DNA from: Burkholderiales bacterium
GTDB taxonomy: Bacteria; Pseudomonadota; Gammaproteobacteria; Burkholderiales; Gallionellaceae
DNA length: 64,000 nucleotides
Assembly: GCA_038327315.1 (NCBI GenBank)
Contig: JBBQKX010000002.1
Coordinates: 423 to 64,422 of the forward strand
Reading direction: 5' to 3'
The translations under genes were made by a program, and so were the position numbers. The first letter of the stretch is position 1; every line of letters begins with the position of its first letter. This document shows positions 40,495-51,423 of this stretch, in pieces. The notes beneath the pieces are model-generated. The model searched no databases. It was not told the DNA's origin and saw only the letters and a list, made by a program, of their open reading frames with translations.

Positions 40495-41760
40495 ATGTTG
40501 AGAGTCTTAAAAAATGTAGCTGCATTGGCGCTGTTATTTACAGCCTTGAGTGCCAGAGCCGAGCTGACCATAGAGATCATTGGTGCCGGTGAACACCAGA
40601 TTCCAGTGGCTATCGTGCCCTTAGGTGGGGATGAGATATTGTCCGCAGCGATTAATGCGATAGTTGTGGGTGACCTGCAACGCAGCGGGCTTTTCCGCAT
40701 GGTAGATACGGTAGGCAAGACACCGCATGAGCCAGGTGATGTGAGCTTCCCAGATTGGGTGGCTTTGGGCGCGGATGCACTGGCGATTGGTAGTGTGGAA
40801 CATGCTGATGGCAAGATCAGTGTTAGGTTCAGGCTCTACGATGTGCTCAAGAAATCGCCGCTAGTCGGCGAAGTGGTGTCGGCTAAGGAAAGTCAGTTAC
40901 GTGCCATCGGTCATCGTATTTCCGATCTTATTTATGAGAAATTGACGGGTGATAAGGGTGTGTTTAGTACGCGCATCGTCTATGTGAACCGCAACGGTGC
41001 TAGGTTTAAATTGATCATTGCCGACAGCGATGGCTATAACGAGCAAACGGTGTTAGACCAGAATGAACCCATCATGTCGCCTGCATGGTCTGCTGATGGT
41101 AAACAGGTCGCTTATGTGAGTTTCGAGACTGGTCACGCGGCAGTGTTCGTCCAATCAGTGTTTAGCAATCAGCGCAAGTTAATCGCGGATTTTCGAGGCA
41201 GCAACAGCGCACCTGCATGGTCGCCGGACGGTAAGCAGTTGGCCGTCGTGCTCACTCGCGATGGCAGTTCGCAGATATATTTGATTAGGCCAGATGGCAG
41301 TGATATACGCCGTATCACCTTCAGTGGTGCGATTGATACTGAGCCCAATTTTTCGCCTGATGGACAATATCTGCTGTTTACTTCCGATCGCGGTGGTAGT
41401 GCGCAGATTTATCGTCTGCCCTTGGCTGGTGGCTTAGAGCAGCGTCAGACGTTTGGAGAGGGGAGCAATTATTCGCCTCGCTACAACCCTGACGGTAAGA
41501 GCTTCGTCTTCACTCACAGGGCTAACGGACAGTTTTATATTTCGACACAAGATTTCCAAACAGGACAGATGCAGATATTGAGTGACGGCGGCTGGGAGAA
41601 AAAACCTAGTTACGCACCTAATGGAAAGCTTATCCTATTTGCTAGTGAATCGCATGGTCGTGGTATATTGGCAAGTGTTTCAAGCGATGGGCGTGTTAAG
41701 CAGCGTATGTACACACAAAGCGGCGATGCACGTGAACCGGTGTGGGGTCCACATCTTTAA
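40495..41760 (+). CDS. tolB: TolB beta-propeller protein
   Basis: PD40 repeats SPAWS.DG, FTSDRGG. Confidence 0.95.
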   Translation: MLRVLKNVAALALLFTALSARAELTIEIIGAGEHQIPVAIVPLGGDEILSAAINAIVVGDLQRSGLFRMVDTVGKTPHEPGDVSFPDWVALGADALAIGSVEHADGKISVRFRLYDVLKKSPLVGEVVSAKESQLRAIGHRISDLIYEKLTGDKGVFSTRIVYVNRNGARFKLIIADSDGYNEQTVLDQNEPIMSPAWSADGKQVAYVSFETGHAAVFVQSVFSNQRKLIADFRGSNSAPAWSPDGKQLAVVLTRDGSSQIYLIRPDGSDIRRITFSGAIDTEPNFSPDGQYLLFTSDRGGSAQIYRLPLAGGLEQRQTFGEGSNYSPRYNPDGKSFVFTHRANGQFYISTQDFQTGQMQILSDGGWEKKPSYAPNGKLILFASESHGRGILASVSSDGRVKQRMYTQSGDAREPVWGPHL

Positions 41761-41784
41761 ATTAAACTTAATAAAGGAAATAAC

Positions 41785-42297
41785 ATGAAGAAACTTGTTA
41801 TCAGTGTCATCTTGGTAAATTTGCTGGCAGCATGCGCCAGCCAAAAAGCGCCAGAAGCTGCTCCAGCACCTGCACCAACTCCAGTGGTTCAAGCTGCTCC
41901 AGCACCTGCCAAAGTACCAGTCGCGGCAGTCGCTGTTGATGCTTTGAACGATCCAGCCAGCATCCTTGCTAAGCGCAGTGTGTACTACGGATTTGACGTA
42001 GACACAGTTGCTGATGCAGATAAAGGCATGTTGCAAGCACACGCGAAATATCTGAGCGAGCATTCAAATCGCAAAGTTGAACTGGTTGGTAGCGCGGACG
42101 AACGCGGTAGCACTGAGTACAACTTGGCTTTGGGTCAGCGTCGTGCTGATGGCGTGAAGAAGCTGTTGGAGCTGGGCGGTGCTAGCGCATCCCAGTTGCG
42201 TTCAGTGAGTGTAGGCGAAGAGAAGCCAAAAGCAGCTGGTCATGACGAAGCTGCATGGTCTCAGAACCGCCGTACTGATCTGAACTACGCTAAGTAA
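41785..42297 (+). CDS. pal: Peptidoglycan-associated lipoprotein
   Basis: Lipobox LAAC, DERGSTEYNLALGQRRA, NRR. Confidence 0.96.
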   Translation: MKKLVISVILVNLLAACASQKAPEAAPAPAPTPVVQAAPAPAKVPVAAVAVDALNDPASILAKRSVYYGFDVDTVADADKGMLQAHAKYLSEHSNRKVELVGSADERGSTEYNLALGQRRADGVKKLLELGGASASQLRSVSVGEEKPKAAGHDEAAWSQNRRTDLNYAK

Positions 42298-42302
42298 TCA
42301 TC

Positions 42303-43046
42303 ATGCTGAAGCTACGCGCCTTAATCCTGTTGGCTTGTTGTGTCGCAGTCCCCGCGCATGCGGGGCTGTTCTCGGATGACGAGGCACATAAGCAGATACA
42401 GGAACTTCAGGCGCGTGTGCTTAAGCTTGAAGCACTAGAAGACACCATCAAGCAGCAAACCAAATCGTTTTTGGATTTGCAAGGTCAGCTTGACCAATTA
42501 AAGACTGATATGCGCACCTTGCGCGGTCAGAATGAGGAACTCGCGCACGGCTTGCAAGATGCCGAAAAGCGCGAAAAGGATTTTTATGTGGATCTGGACA
42601 CGCGTGTGCGTCGTTTCGAATCCGCTGCTCCTGGCGCGACCGATGTCGCAGCCAGTAGCGATCCTTCCGACCCCGTACCAGAAAATCGCGCCTATGAGGC
42701 AGCGTATGGTTATGTGAAAGCCGGCAACAATGCATCTGCATTAAAAGCGCTGCAGGATTTCTTGCAGAAATTCCCCGCGTCTGTACAAGTACCGAATGTG
42801 CTGTATTGGTTGGGTGAGACTCAATATGCATTGAAAGACAGCAAGTCTGCTGCAGCGACGTATGAAAAATTGTTGAGTGGTTATGCTTACGCGCCAAAAG
42901 CTGCTGACGCGATGTTGAGCCTAGCCATTTGTCAGGCTGACCTCAAACTAAAAGCAACATCACAAAAAACACTCAAGCAGCTCATCGCTAAATATCCTAA
43001 TACCCCTGCAGCCGACAAAGCACGCAAGCTGCAAGCAGCGAAGTAG
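42303..43046 (+). CDS. cpoB: Cell division coordinator CpoB (YbgF)
   Basis: Coiled coil (LRGQNEEL) plus TPR (YWLGE); follows pal. Confidence 0.92.
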   Translation: MLKLRALILLACCVAVPAHAGLFSDDEAHKQIQELQARVLKLEALEDTIKQQTKSFLDLQGQLDQLKTDMRTLRGQNEELAHGLQDAEKREKDFYVDLDTRVRRFESAAPGATDVAASSDPSDPVPENRAYEAAYGYVKAGNNASALKALQDFLQKFPASVQVPNVLYWLGETQYALKDSKSAAATYEKLLSGYAYAPKAADAMLSLAICQADLKLKATSQKTLKQLIAKYPNTPAADKARKLQAAK

Positions 43047-43054
43047 TCCCCCTT

Positions 43055-43714
43055 ATGTCTGATTCACTATCCAACGCGCAACTGCGCATCACTGAGATTT
43101 TCTATTCCTTGCAGGGCGAGACTAATCGTGTCGGCCTGCCCACTGTATTCATACGCCTGACTGGCTGTCCTCTGCGTTGTACATATTGTGATACCGCTTA
43201 TGCCTTCACTGGCGGCGAGCAGATGTCTATAGAAAGCATCATGGCTCAAGTCGCAAGCTTTGCACCGCAATACATCACGGTTACTGGCGGTGAGCCGCTA
43301 GCACAGAAGAATTGTATCGTGCTGTTACAGGCTTTATGTGATGCGGGTTATCAGGTGTCGCTGGAGACGGGTGGCGCGATGGATATCAGTGAAGTCGATG
43401 CAAGAGTGATGCGGGTGGTCGACATCAAGACGCCGGGCTCAGGCGAGTTGGCGAAGAATCGTTGGGAGAATCTTGCTTTACTCACTTCAAATGATGAGAT
43501 CAAATTTGTGTTGTGTGACGAAGCGGATTATCTGTGGGCCAAGTCTCTTATTATCGAACAGCAACTCGCAGATAAATGTCCCATTTTATTTTCGCCGGTG
43601 CATGGCACGATGAATCCTACACAATTAGCTGAATGGATATTGCGTGACCGCTTGCCGGTGCGTTTGCAAGTGCAGTTGCACAAGATTCTGTGGAACAACG
43701 CGGCGGGGCACTAA
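43055..43714 (+). CDS. queE: 7-carboxy-7-deazaguanine synthase
   Basis: [28 protein letters not shown]. Confidence 0.95.
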   Translation: MSDSLSNAQLRITEIFYSLQGETNRVGLPTVFIRLTGCPLRCTYCDTAYAFTGGEQMSIESIMAQVASFAPQYITVTGGEPLAQKNCIVLLQALCDAGYQVSLETGGAMDISEVDARVMRVVDIKTPGSGELAKNRWENLALLTSNDEIKFVLCDEADYLWAKSLIIEQQLADKCPILFSPVHGTMNPTQLAEWILRDRLPVRLQVQLHKILWNNAAGH

Positions 43715-43716
43715 GT

Positions 43717-44391
43717 ATGAAGAACGCAGTCATTTTACTGTCGGGTGGTCTGGATTCGGCAACCGTTTTGGCGATGGCGCGCAAGCAGGGTTATGAATGC
43801 TATGCATTGAGCGTTGATTATGGTCAGCGCCATCATGCAGAGCTCGCGGCTGCGCAACGTGTCGCTAAGACGCAGGGCGCGCATGAATTGCGCGTGGTGC
43901 GTATCGATCTGACAGGTTTTGGTGGTTCTTCGTTGACCGATAACAATATTGCCGTGCCCGAGACACCTAGCAATGGTATTCCCTCCACTTATGTACCTGC
44001 ACGTAACACCATCATGTTGTCCATGGCGCTGGCTTGGGCTGAAGTGTTGGATGCGCAGCACATTTTCGTCGGCGTGAATGCCGTGGATTACTCGGGTTAT
44101 CCCGATTGCCGTCCTGCCTATATTGAAGCATTCGAACGCATGGCCAATCTCGCCACCAAGGCAGCCGTGGAAGGTCACCCGCTGACCATACATGCTCCCT
44201 TGCTACATATGAGTAAGGCAGAGATCATCGCGCAGGGCACTGCCTTGGGTGTAAATTACGCGCAGACCGTGTCGTGTTATCAAGCTGATGAGCAAGGTCA
44301 TGCGTGTGGTGTGTGCGATTCATGCCGTTTGCGTAGTGCGGGATTTGCAGCTGCGGGCGTGGTCGACCCGACAATCTATCGTGATTCGTAA
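43717..44391 (+). CDS. queC: 7-cyano-7-deazaguanine synthase
   Basis: SGGLDS, YVPARN, GYPDCR, CGVCDSC. Confidence 0.96.
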   Translation: MKNAVILLSGGLDSATVLAMARKQGYECYALSVDYGQRHHAELAAAQRVAKTQGAHELRVVRIDLTGFGGSSLTDNNIAVPETPSNGIPSTYVPARNTIMLSMALAWAEVLDAQHIFVGVNAVDYSGYPDCRPAYIEAFERMANLATKAAVEGHPLTIHAPLLHMSKAEIIAQGTALGVNYAQTVSCYQADEQGHACGVCDSCRLRSAGFAAAGVVDPTIYRDS

Positions 44392-44420
44392 AAAAACTGT
44401 GCAACTATGCTGATTTTGCG

Positions 44421-44448
44421 TTGACAGAAATAGCTAGATACGTATAAT
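44421..44448 (+). promoter_or_regulatory. Consensus sigma70 stable-RNA promoter
   Basis: TTGACA-N16-TATAAT followed by GC-rich discriminator TCGCGC. Confidence 0.92.
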
Positions 44449-44464
44449 TCGCGCTCCTTCGCAG

Positions 44465-44540
44465 GGGTCGGTAGCTCAGCCGGTAGAGCAGCGGACTTTT
44501 AATCCGTTGGTCGCGAGTTCGAATCTCGCCCGACCCACCA
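44465..44540 (+). tRNA. tRNA-Lys (TTT)
   Basis: GGGTCGG...CCGACCC-A-CCA; anticodon loop CTTTTAA. Confidence 0.97.
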
Positions 44541-44551
44541 TATGCAGGAAC

Positions 44552-44627
44552 GCCGCCTTAGCTCAGTTGGTAGAGCAACCGCCTTGTAAGCGGTAGGTCA
44601 TCAGTTCGAATCCGATAGGCGGCACCA
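44552..44627 (+). tRNA. tRNA-Thr (TGT)
   Basis: GCCGCCT...AGGCGGC-A-CCA; anticodon loop CTTGTAA. Confidence 0.97.
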
Positions 44628-44631
44628 ATCT

Positions 44632-44664
44632 AAAATAAGCCTCGCAGTGATGCGGGGCTTATTT
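44632..44664 (+). terminator. Terminator after the tRNA pair
   Basis: AAATAAGCCTCGCA-GTGA-TGCGGGGCTTATTT. Confidence 0.85.
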
Positions 44665-44697
44665 CATTCTTGGCTATCGTAGCAAAAATCGTATTCC

Positions 44698-44731
44698 AAA
44701 TAAAAAATCCGCCGCAGCGGATTTTTTATTT
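44698..44731. terminator. Bidirectional terminator (end of pat)
   Basis: AAATAAAAAATCCGC-CGCA-GCGGATTTTTTATTT. Confidence 0.85.
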
Positions 44732-44781
44732 TCTACATTTGCAAAATATCGGTCTCAATTGTAAGAAGACCGATAGACTTC

Positions 44782-47469
44782 TTACAATGTTTTGCTCACT
44801 TTGGTGATGCTGGGTTCGTCGGGGCTAACTTTGGCAGTAAAGCCTATGCGACTCATCAATTTGAGCATGTTGTGATTGTTGCTCAGCACTTCACCCTCGA
44901 TGCTACGCAAGCCTTTCAAGCGTGCAGCTTCCATCATTGACAACATCAGCTTTTGACCGAGTCCTTTACCCTGCATTGCATCAGCGATGGCCAGTGCAAA
45001 CTCACAACTGTCACCGTCTGGATTGATGGCATAACGTGCCACACCTAATTCGACTTCCTGATCCTTTTCTATCGTCACTGCAATGAGCGCCATCTCACGG
45101 CTGTAGTCTATCTGTGTGAGTTTTGCGAGTGTCGCTTCGGTGAGCTCATGCACACTGTTCATGAAGCGGAAGTATTTTGATTCGTCCGATAAATCATGTA
45201 CGAAGCGCTTCACTAAGTCTGCATCTTCGGGACGCACAGGACGTATCGTGATGTCAGTGCCATCGGCGAGTTGCCAGTCACTGATGAGGTGTGTCGGATA
45301 GGGGTGAATGGCCATGTGGGCGTAGCGGTCGGTACTCGGCTGGCGATATTCAACCACCACGCGTGCATCGGCGGCTAGTGCACCATTCTCGTCGAGTATG
45401 AGCGGGTTGATGTCCATTTCGGTGAGCAGCGGCAATTCACACACCATTTCGGATACACGTAGCAACACGTCTTCCAATGCCACCATGTTGGCGGGTGCCA
45501 TGTTGCGGAACTTGCCCAGCATCTTGGCGATACGTGTGTCTTGTATCAATTCCTTGACTAGGAATTGGTTCAGTGGTGGTAAGGCAACCGCACGGTCACC
45601 CATGATCTCAACTGTAGTGCCACCTGCGCCGAAGGTGATGACTGGGCCGAATACAGGGTCGGTCGTCACACCTATCATCAGCTCCCTACCATTGGGTTTG
45701 ATAATCATAGGTTCGATGGAGATGCCATCCAGCTTGGCCTCGGGACGGTGGCGCTGAACATTGTCCAAGATCTGTTGGTAGGCTGCGCGCACTTCGTGGG
45801 CGTTGCGCAGATTGAGCATCACACCGCCTGCATCGCTTTTGTGGCTGATGTCGTGGGAGTTGATTTTCATAGCGACCGGATAACCCAGTTGCTGGCCAAT
45901 CAACAGCGCTTCAGTCGGCGAGTGAGCTACCAAGGTCTTGGCAACTGGGATGTGGAAGGCGGACAACAAGGCCTTAGACTCCATCTCGGTGAGGACTTTG
46001 CGACGTTCCTGCATTGCTCCTTCTATGATCAGTCGTGCGCTTTCTACATCCGGTTCTATGTGGTGTGAGAACGGTCCCGGCATCTGCATCAACAACTTCT
46101 GGTTGCGATAGTAGGCGGACAAATGTGAGAACACTTCGACCGCAGGTTCTGGTGTACGGAAGTGTGGTCGATGTGCTTTGCTGAAAGCCTCGCGGGAGCT
46201 GGCGACTTGCGTCTCACCCATCCAGCATGTCAACAGTGGCTTGCTATGGGTGTTGGCTAATTCGATAAGTGCCTGTGCGGATTCCAGCGGTTTGGTCATC
46301 GCCTGTGGCGTGAGGATGGCCAATACGCCATCGACGTTCTCATCTTCCAAGCAGGCTTTCACTGCATGGTGATAACGGTCTGCTTGCGCATCACCAATGA
46401 TGTCGACCGGATTGCTATGAGGCCAGTTAGGGGGCAGATGCTGGTTAAGATATTCGATGGTGCCATCTGATAGGGTCGCCATGGTGAGTCCGAGATCGGA
46501 TGCTCTATCGGTCGCCATCACACCGGGGCCGCCGCCATTGGTGACGATGGCGAGTCTGTTACCCACAGGACGGAATCCGCAAGACAGCGCCTTGGCGGCG
46601 GTAAACAACTGGGTGATGGTCTGCACACGTACTGCGCCCACACGACTAACGGCAGCGTCGAAAACATCGTCAGCGCCGACCAAAGATGCGGTATGCGACA
46701 TCGCGGCCTTTGAGCCGGCAGGATGACGGCCAACTTTGACCAAGATGACAGGTTTAATGCGTGCAGCGGCGCGCAGGGCGCTCATGAAGCTGCGTGCATT
46801 GCGTATGCCTTCGATGTACATCAGTATGCTTTGGGTGTTTGGGTCAGAGACTAGGTAGTCAAGTATCTCTCCGAAGTCCACGTCAGTGGATGAGCCCATG
46901 GACACGACACTAGAGAAGCCCACGTCATTGCTCTGTGCCCAGTCTAAGATTGCAGTGCATAAGGCACCCGATTGTGAGATGAACGCGATGTTGCCGACAT
47001 TGGCGCCCCCTTTATTGAAGGTTGCGTTCAAGCCTATCGATGGACGCATGATGCCCAGACAGTTAGGGCCTATCAGGCGAATGTTGTAGCGATGTGCGGC
47101 TTCCAGTAGTTGTCGTTCTAGGGCAACGCCAGCTGGGCCTGCTTCACCGAATCCCGCAGTGATGATGACGGCGGCTTTGACGCCATGTATACCGCAGGCT
47201 TCTATGATGCCAGGCACGGTTTGCGGAGGCGTGGCGATGACCACCAACTCGACTGGCGCGGCTATGTCAGCGATGCTGGCATAAGCGCGCTTGCCTTGCA
47301 CTTCGGCATTCTTGGCATTGATAGGATAGAGCGCACCTTTGTAGCCACTCTCCAGCATATTCTGGAATACGATCTGGCCGACTGCGTCGGGTCTGTCACT
47401 GGCGCCGAACACGGCCACAGAAGTAGGTGAAAAGAGTGTATTGAGGTAATGCTTGCCCATGATGTTCAC
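44782..47469 (-). CDS. pat: Pat/PatZ-type protein lysine acetyltransferase (NDP-forming acyl-CoA synthetase domain plus GNAT)
   Basis: IGPNCLG, SQSGAL, SHTAS, ATP-grasp HKSDAGGV, C-terminal GNAT (QGKGLG). Confidence 0.9.
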   Translation of the reverse strand: MNIMGKHYLNTLFSPTSVAVFGASDRPDAVGQIVFQNMLESGYKGALYPINAKNAEVQGKRAYASIADIAAPVELVVIATPPQTVPGIIEACGIHGVKAAVIITAGFGEAGPAGVALERQLLEAAHRYNIRLIGPNCLGIMRPSIGLNATFNKGGANVGNIAFISQSGALCTAILDWAQSNDVGFSSVVSMGSSTDVDFGEILDYLVSDPNTQSILMYIEGIRNARSFMSALRAAARIKPVILVKVGRHPAGSKAAMSHTASLVGADDVFDAAVSRVGAVRVQTITQLFTAAKALSCGFRPVGNRLAIVTNGGGPGVMATDRASDLGLTMATLSDGTIEYLNQHLPPNWPHSNPVDIIGDAQADRYHHAVKACLEDENVDGVLAILTPQAMTKPLESAQALIELANTHSKPLLTCWMGETQVASSREAFSKAHRPHFRTPEPAVEVFSHLSAYYRNQKLLMQMPGPFSHHIEPDVESARLIIEGAMQERRKVLTEMESKALLSAFHIPVAKTLVAHSPTEALLIGQQLGYPVAMKINSHDISHKSDAGGVMLNLRNAHEVRAAYQQILDNVQRHRPEAKLDGISIEPMIIKPNGRELMIGVTTDPVFGPVITFGAGGTTVEIMGDRAVALPPLNQFLVKELIQDTRIAKMLGKFRNMAPANMVALEDVLLRVSEMVCELPLLTEMDINPLILDENGALAADARVVVEYRQPSTDRYAHMAIHPYPTHLISDWQLADGTDITIRPVRPEDADLVKRFVHDLSDESKYFRFMNSVHELTEATLAKLTQIDYSREMALIAVTIEKDQEVELGVARYAINPDGDSCEFALAIADAMQGKGLGQKLMLSMMEAARLKGLRSIEGEVLSNNHNMLKLMSRIGFTAKVSPDEPSITKVSKTL

Positions 47470-47521
47470 TGATTGTTAGAGTAACGCTGATATTAACAGT
47501 TTAGAGATGATAAAACCTTAC

Positions 47522-48445
47522 ATGCAGTCAGCTTATATTTCACATCCGCTGTGCCTCAAGCATGATATGGGGGCGCATCATCCAGAGACGCCGGCACGTA
47601 TCGGTGCCATAGAAGACCAGTTGATCGCATCTGGTTTACTAAGTTATCTGCGCCATTACGATGCACCTGAAGCGACACGCGAACAGTTGCAGCGTGTACA
47701 TGATGTGCAATATGTAGAACAGGTCTTTGCGGCCGCCCCCAAGCAAGGCATGGTGGAATTGGATGGTGACACTTCGATGAATCCTTACACTCTGCCTGCT
47801 GCATTGCGCGCGGCAGGGGCGGCTATACTGGCAGTGGATAAGGTGATGGCGGGCGAGGTCGAAAACGCCTTCTGTAATATCCGTCCGCCTGGACATCATG
47901 CGGAGCGCGGGCGGGCGATGGGTTTCTGTATCTTCAATAACATCGCGATTGCGGCGACCCATGCTTTATCGCATCACGGTCTGCAACGCATCGCCATCAT
48001 AGATTTCGATGTGCATCACGGGAATGGTACAGAACATATGTTCCATGAAGAGCCACGTGTGTTGATGTGCTCTACTTTTCAGCATCCCTTCTATCCCTAT
48101 TGCGGAGCGGATAGCGGTAATCAACATATGCTCAATGTGCCGCTTGCGGCGGGGGCAGGTAGCGCGGAGTTTCGTGCCGCGGTAACGGATGTCTGGTTGC
48201 CCGCTCTGCAGGCTTTTCAGCCGCAGTTGCTACTGATTTCGGCGGGCTTTGATGCGCATAGAGATGACGATATGTCCTCTTTGCAATTCATAGATAGCGA
48301 TTACGCTTGGGTGACTGAGCAGCTCAAGGCAGTTGCAGAACAGTGTTGCGCGGGGCGCATCGTCTCGGTGTTGGAGGGTGGCTATGAGTTGCACTCTTTA
48401 GGGCGCAGCGCTATGCAGCACGTTAAAGTCTTAAGTGGGCTTTGA
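47522..48445 (+). CDS. Zn-dependent histone-deacetylase-family protein
   Basis: HPE, RPPGHHA, GFC, DFDVHHGNGT, SAGFD, LEGGY. Confidence 0.94.
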   Translation: MQSAYISHPLCLKHDMGAHHPETPARIGAIEDQLIASGLLSYLRHYDAPEATREQLQRVHDVQYVEQVFAAAPKQGMVELDGDTSMNPYTLPAALRAAGAAILAVDKVMAGEVENAFCNIRPPGHHAERGRAMGFCIFNNIAIAATHALSHHGLQRIAIIDFDVHHGNGTEHMFHEEPRVLMCSTFQHPFYPYCGADSGNQHMLNVPLAAGAGSAEFRAAVTDVWLPALQAFQPQLLLISAGFDAHRDDDMSSLQFIDSDYAWVTEQLKAVAEQCCAGRIVSVLEGGYELHSLGRSAMQHVKVLSGL

Positions 48446-48579
48446 ATATAGTGCGCTGATCGGGTAAAACAAACGTAGCAGCTGTCGTAATAATTTAGGC
48501 GCGGTCTAGGCTATTCTTAGGTAAGATTCAGCATGCGCGCCTATCCGTGGCGCGCTTTTCAATCCGGCGATCATTCAAT

Positions 48580-49746
48580 ATGAAAATTCACGAATATCAA
48601 GGCAAAGAGATCCTACGACAGTTTGGTGTTCCTACCCCTCGCGGTATCGCATGTTTCGCTGCAGATGAAGCTGTGTCAGCAGCGAAGCAACTGGGTGGCG
48701 CAGTATGGGTGGTGAAAGCGCAGATTCATGCGGGTGGTCGCGGCAAGGGCGGTGGTGTGAAAGTTGCCAAATCGCTGGACGAAGTGCGTAGTGCGGCGCA
48801 ACAGATATTGGGCATGCATCTGGTCACGCATCAGACAGGTAAGGGCGGCCAAGTGGTACGTCGCCTGTTGATTGAAGAGGGTGCGCAAATCGCTAAAGAA
48901 TTCTATCTCGGTATGGTGGTCGACCGCGGTACACAGCGTGTGGTACTGCTGGCCTCTAGCGAAGGTGGTATGGAGATCGAAGAAGTCGCCGCACACCAAC
49001 CCGAAAAGATACACAAGATATTCATCGATCCCGCAGCAGGCCTAATTCCTGCAGAAGCCGCTGCAGTAGCCAAAAAGATAGGGATGCCAGATGCTGCTGT
49101 CGCCGAGACAGTTGTGGTGTTGCAAGGTCTGTATCGCGCCTTCGTTGAAAAGGATGCGATGCTGGCCGAGATCAATCCGTTGGTGTTGACCGCTGCGAAT
49201 CGTGTCATCGCACTGGATGCAAAATTTAATTTCGATAGCAACGCACTGTATCGTCATCCAGAAGTCGTGGCTTATCGCGATTTGGACGAAGAAGATGCGG
49301 CTGAGATCGAAGCTTCCAAGTTTGATTTGTCCTACATCTCTTTGGATGGCGACATAGGTTGTCTGGTGAATGGAGCAGGTCTGGCGATGGCGACCATGGA
49401 TATCATCAAGTTGTATGGTGGTAGCCCTGCCAATTTCTTGGATGTCGGCGGTGGTGCAACTACCGAGAAGGTTACTGAGGCGTTTAAATTGATGCTCAAG
49501 AACCCCAATCTCAAAGCCATCCTGGTGAATATCTTCGGCGGCATCATGAGGTGTGATGTGATTGCCGAGGGCGTGGTTGCCGCTGCAAAAGAAGTGCATT
49601 TGACGGTTCCTTTGGTTGTGCGCTTGGAAGGCACGAACGTGGACCTAGGCAAGAAGATATTGGCTGATTCTGGTCTCCCCATCATCTCCGGGGCTGACAT
49701 GGCAGATGCCGCACAGAAGGTCGTTGCCGCAGCGAGGAATAAATAA
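48580..49746 (+). CDS. sucC: Succinyl-CoA synthetase beta subunit
   Basis: [35 protein letters not shown]. Confidence 0.98.
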   Translation: MKIHEYQGKEILRQFGVPTPRGIACFAADEAVSAAKQLGGAVWVVKAQIHAGGRGKGGGVKVAKSLDEVRSAAQQILGMHLVTHQTGKGGQVVRRLLIEEGAQIAKEFYLGMVVDRGTQRVVLLASSEGGMEIEEVAAHQPEKIHKIFIDPAAGLIPAEAAAVAKKIGMPDAAVAETVVVLQGLYRAFVEKDAMLAEINPLVLTAANRVIALDAKFNFDSNALYRHPEVVAYRDLDEEDAAEIEASKFDLSYISLDGDIGCLVNGAGLAMATMDIIKLYGGSPANFLDVGGGATTEKVTEAFKLMLKNPNLKAILVNIFGGIMRCDVIAEGVVAAAKEVHLTVPLVVRLEGTNVDLGKKILADSGLPIISGADMADAAQKVVAAARNK

Positions 49747-50627
49747 TGTCTATACTCATCGATAAGAACACCCGCGTGATGACCCAAGGGATGACTGGTA
49801 AGGTCGGTCAATTCCACACCACCAATTGCATCGCCTATGCCAATGGCAAGAATTGCTTCGTGGCTGGTGTTACGCCTAATAAGGGCGGGCAGAACTTTGA
49901 AGGCGTGCCTATCTACAACAGCGTACTGGAAGCGAAGCAGCAGACTGGCGCGACCGTGTCTGTTATCTATGTGCCGCCTCCTTATGCTGCTGCCGCTATC
50001 GATGAAGCAGTGGAAGCTGATCTGGATCTGGTGATCTGTATCACCGAAGGCATTCCCGTCCACGACATGCTCAAGACCCGCTACAAGATGAAGGGTAAGC
50101 GTACCTTGCTCATAGGACCTAATTGTCCTGGTCTGATCACGCCTGATGAAATCAAGATCGGCATCATGCCTGGTCATATCCATCGTAAAGGTCGTATTGG
50201 TGTTGTATCGCGTTCTGGGACGCTGACCTATGAGGCGGTCGGTCAGCTAAGCGCGCTGGGCTTGGGGCAGTCTTCCTGTGTTGGTATTGGTGGTGACCCT
50301 ATCAATGGTATGAAGCATATTGATGTGCTCAAATTGTTCAATGACGATGCTGACACTGATGCGGTGATCATGGTTGGTGAGATTGGCGGTAGTGACGAGG
50401 AAGAGTGCGCTCGCTGGATTAAGGATAACATGAAGAAGCCAGTAGTCGGTTTTATCGCCGGCGTCACTGCGCCACCTGGAAAGCGCATGGGTCATGCGGG
50501 CGCAATCATCTCGGGCGGACAGGGCGGTGCTGACACCAAACTGGAAGTGATGGAAGAATGCGGTATTCATATCACTCGCAATCCTGCCGAGATGGGGCGT
50601 TTGATGCAGAAGATCCTTAAAGGCTAG
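49746..50627 (+). CDS. sucD: Succinyl-CoA synthetase alpha subunit
   Basis: [23 protein letters not shown]. Confidence 0.98.
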   Translation: MSILIDKNTRVMTQGMTGKVGQFHTTNCIAYANGKNCFVAGVTPNKGGQNFEGVPIYNSVLEAKQQTGATVSVIYVPPPYAAAAIDEAVEADLDLVICITEGIPVHDMLKTRYKMKGKRTLLIGPNCPGLITPDEIKIGIMPGHIHRKGRIGVVSRSGTLTYEAVGQLSALGLGQSSCVGIGGDPINGMKHIDVLKLFNDDADTDAVIMVGEIGGSDEEECARWIKDNMKKPVVGFIAGVTAPPGKRMGHAGAIISGGQGGADTKLEVMEECGIHITRNPAEMGRLMQKILKG

Positions 50628-50685
50628 AACTGGGCTCCCACGACTGCGTTCTAGATGACGCGTCATTTATCTTAAGGTCGTTCAG

Positions 50686-51411
50686 ATGTTAGAGATGTTG
50701 CTTAGCCCCCCATTCTGGGTGGATGTGTTCAAGATCATCATGATTGATATCTTGCTTAGCGGTGATAATGCCGTAGTCATTGCTTTGGCTTGTCGTAATC
50801 TTCCTTTGGAGCAACGCAAGAAGGGCATCCTGTTGGGTGTGCTAGGTGCCATACTTTTACGTGTGGTGCTGACCTTCTTCGCGGTCAGCCTGCTTTCCCT
50901 GCCTTATTTAAAGCTGGTCGGTGCAATCTTGCTAATCTGGATAGGTGTGAAGTTATTGTTGCCTGAAGACGAGCACGGTGAAGACAAAATAAAGGCAGAC
51001 ACGCGTTTGTTTGGTGCCGTAAAGACCATCATCATTGCCGACTTCGTAATGAGTTTAGATAACGTGCTCGGTGTGGCTGCTGCTGCTAAGGGCAATGCTT
51101 CATTGCTGGTGTTCGGTCTGTTAATCAGCATTCCTTTGATCGCTTGGAGCAGCCAGTTAGTACTCAAATTGATAGATCGTTTCCCTATGGTGATTTATGT
51201 GGGTGGAGCATTGTTAGGTTATGTCGCGGGTGAAATGTTGGTTAGTGAAGCATTGTTTTCTACTTTGATCGAGTCTTATCATCAGCTTCATCTGGCTGTT
51301 CCTGTTGCATGTGCGCTGTTGGTATTGACACTGGGCAGATGGTTGGCGGTTCGCAAAGCTGGTGCGGGTAGAGTAGTCGATCTGCTCGATGCCAAAGTGG
51401 ACGGGAAGTAA
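50686..51411 (+). CDS. TerC/YjbE family membrane protein
   Basis: DILLSGDNAVVIALA, ADFVMSLDNVL. Confidence 0.92.
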   Translation: MLEMLLSPPFWVDVFKIIMIDILLSGDNAVVIALACRNLPLEQRKKGILLGVLGAILLRVVLTFFAVSLLSLPYLKLVGAILLIWIGVKLLLPEDEHGEDKIKADTRLFGAVKTIIIADFVMSLDNVLGVAAAAKGNASLLVFGLLISIPLIAWSSQLVLKLIDRFPMVIYVGGALLGYVAGEMLVSEALFSTLIESYHQLHLAVPVACALLVLTLGRWLAVRKAGAGRVVDLLDAKVDGK

Positions 51412-51423
51412 ACGGAGAGTGCG

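Noticed and set aside
44600-44616. A-C mismatch in the tRNA-Thr T-stem as a sign of a pseudo-tRNA
   Set aside because: Rest of the cloverleaf, CCA and promoter are intact; I recall the same mismatch in other proteobacterial tRNA-Thr(TGT) genes
44465-44760. Island integrated at tRNA-Lys/Thr
   Set aside because: tRNAs are followed directly by terminators and a core gene; no integrase or duplicated tRNA 3' end
40122-50183. Long antisense ORFs (e.g. 40122-40814, 49042-49599, 49332-50183)
   Set aside because: Shadow frames opposite well-conserved genes
50628-50685. yybP-ykoY riboswitch upstream of the TerC gene
   Set aside because: Only 58 bp intergenic and no recognisable aptamer; none seen before the P-type ATPase operon either
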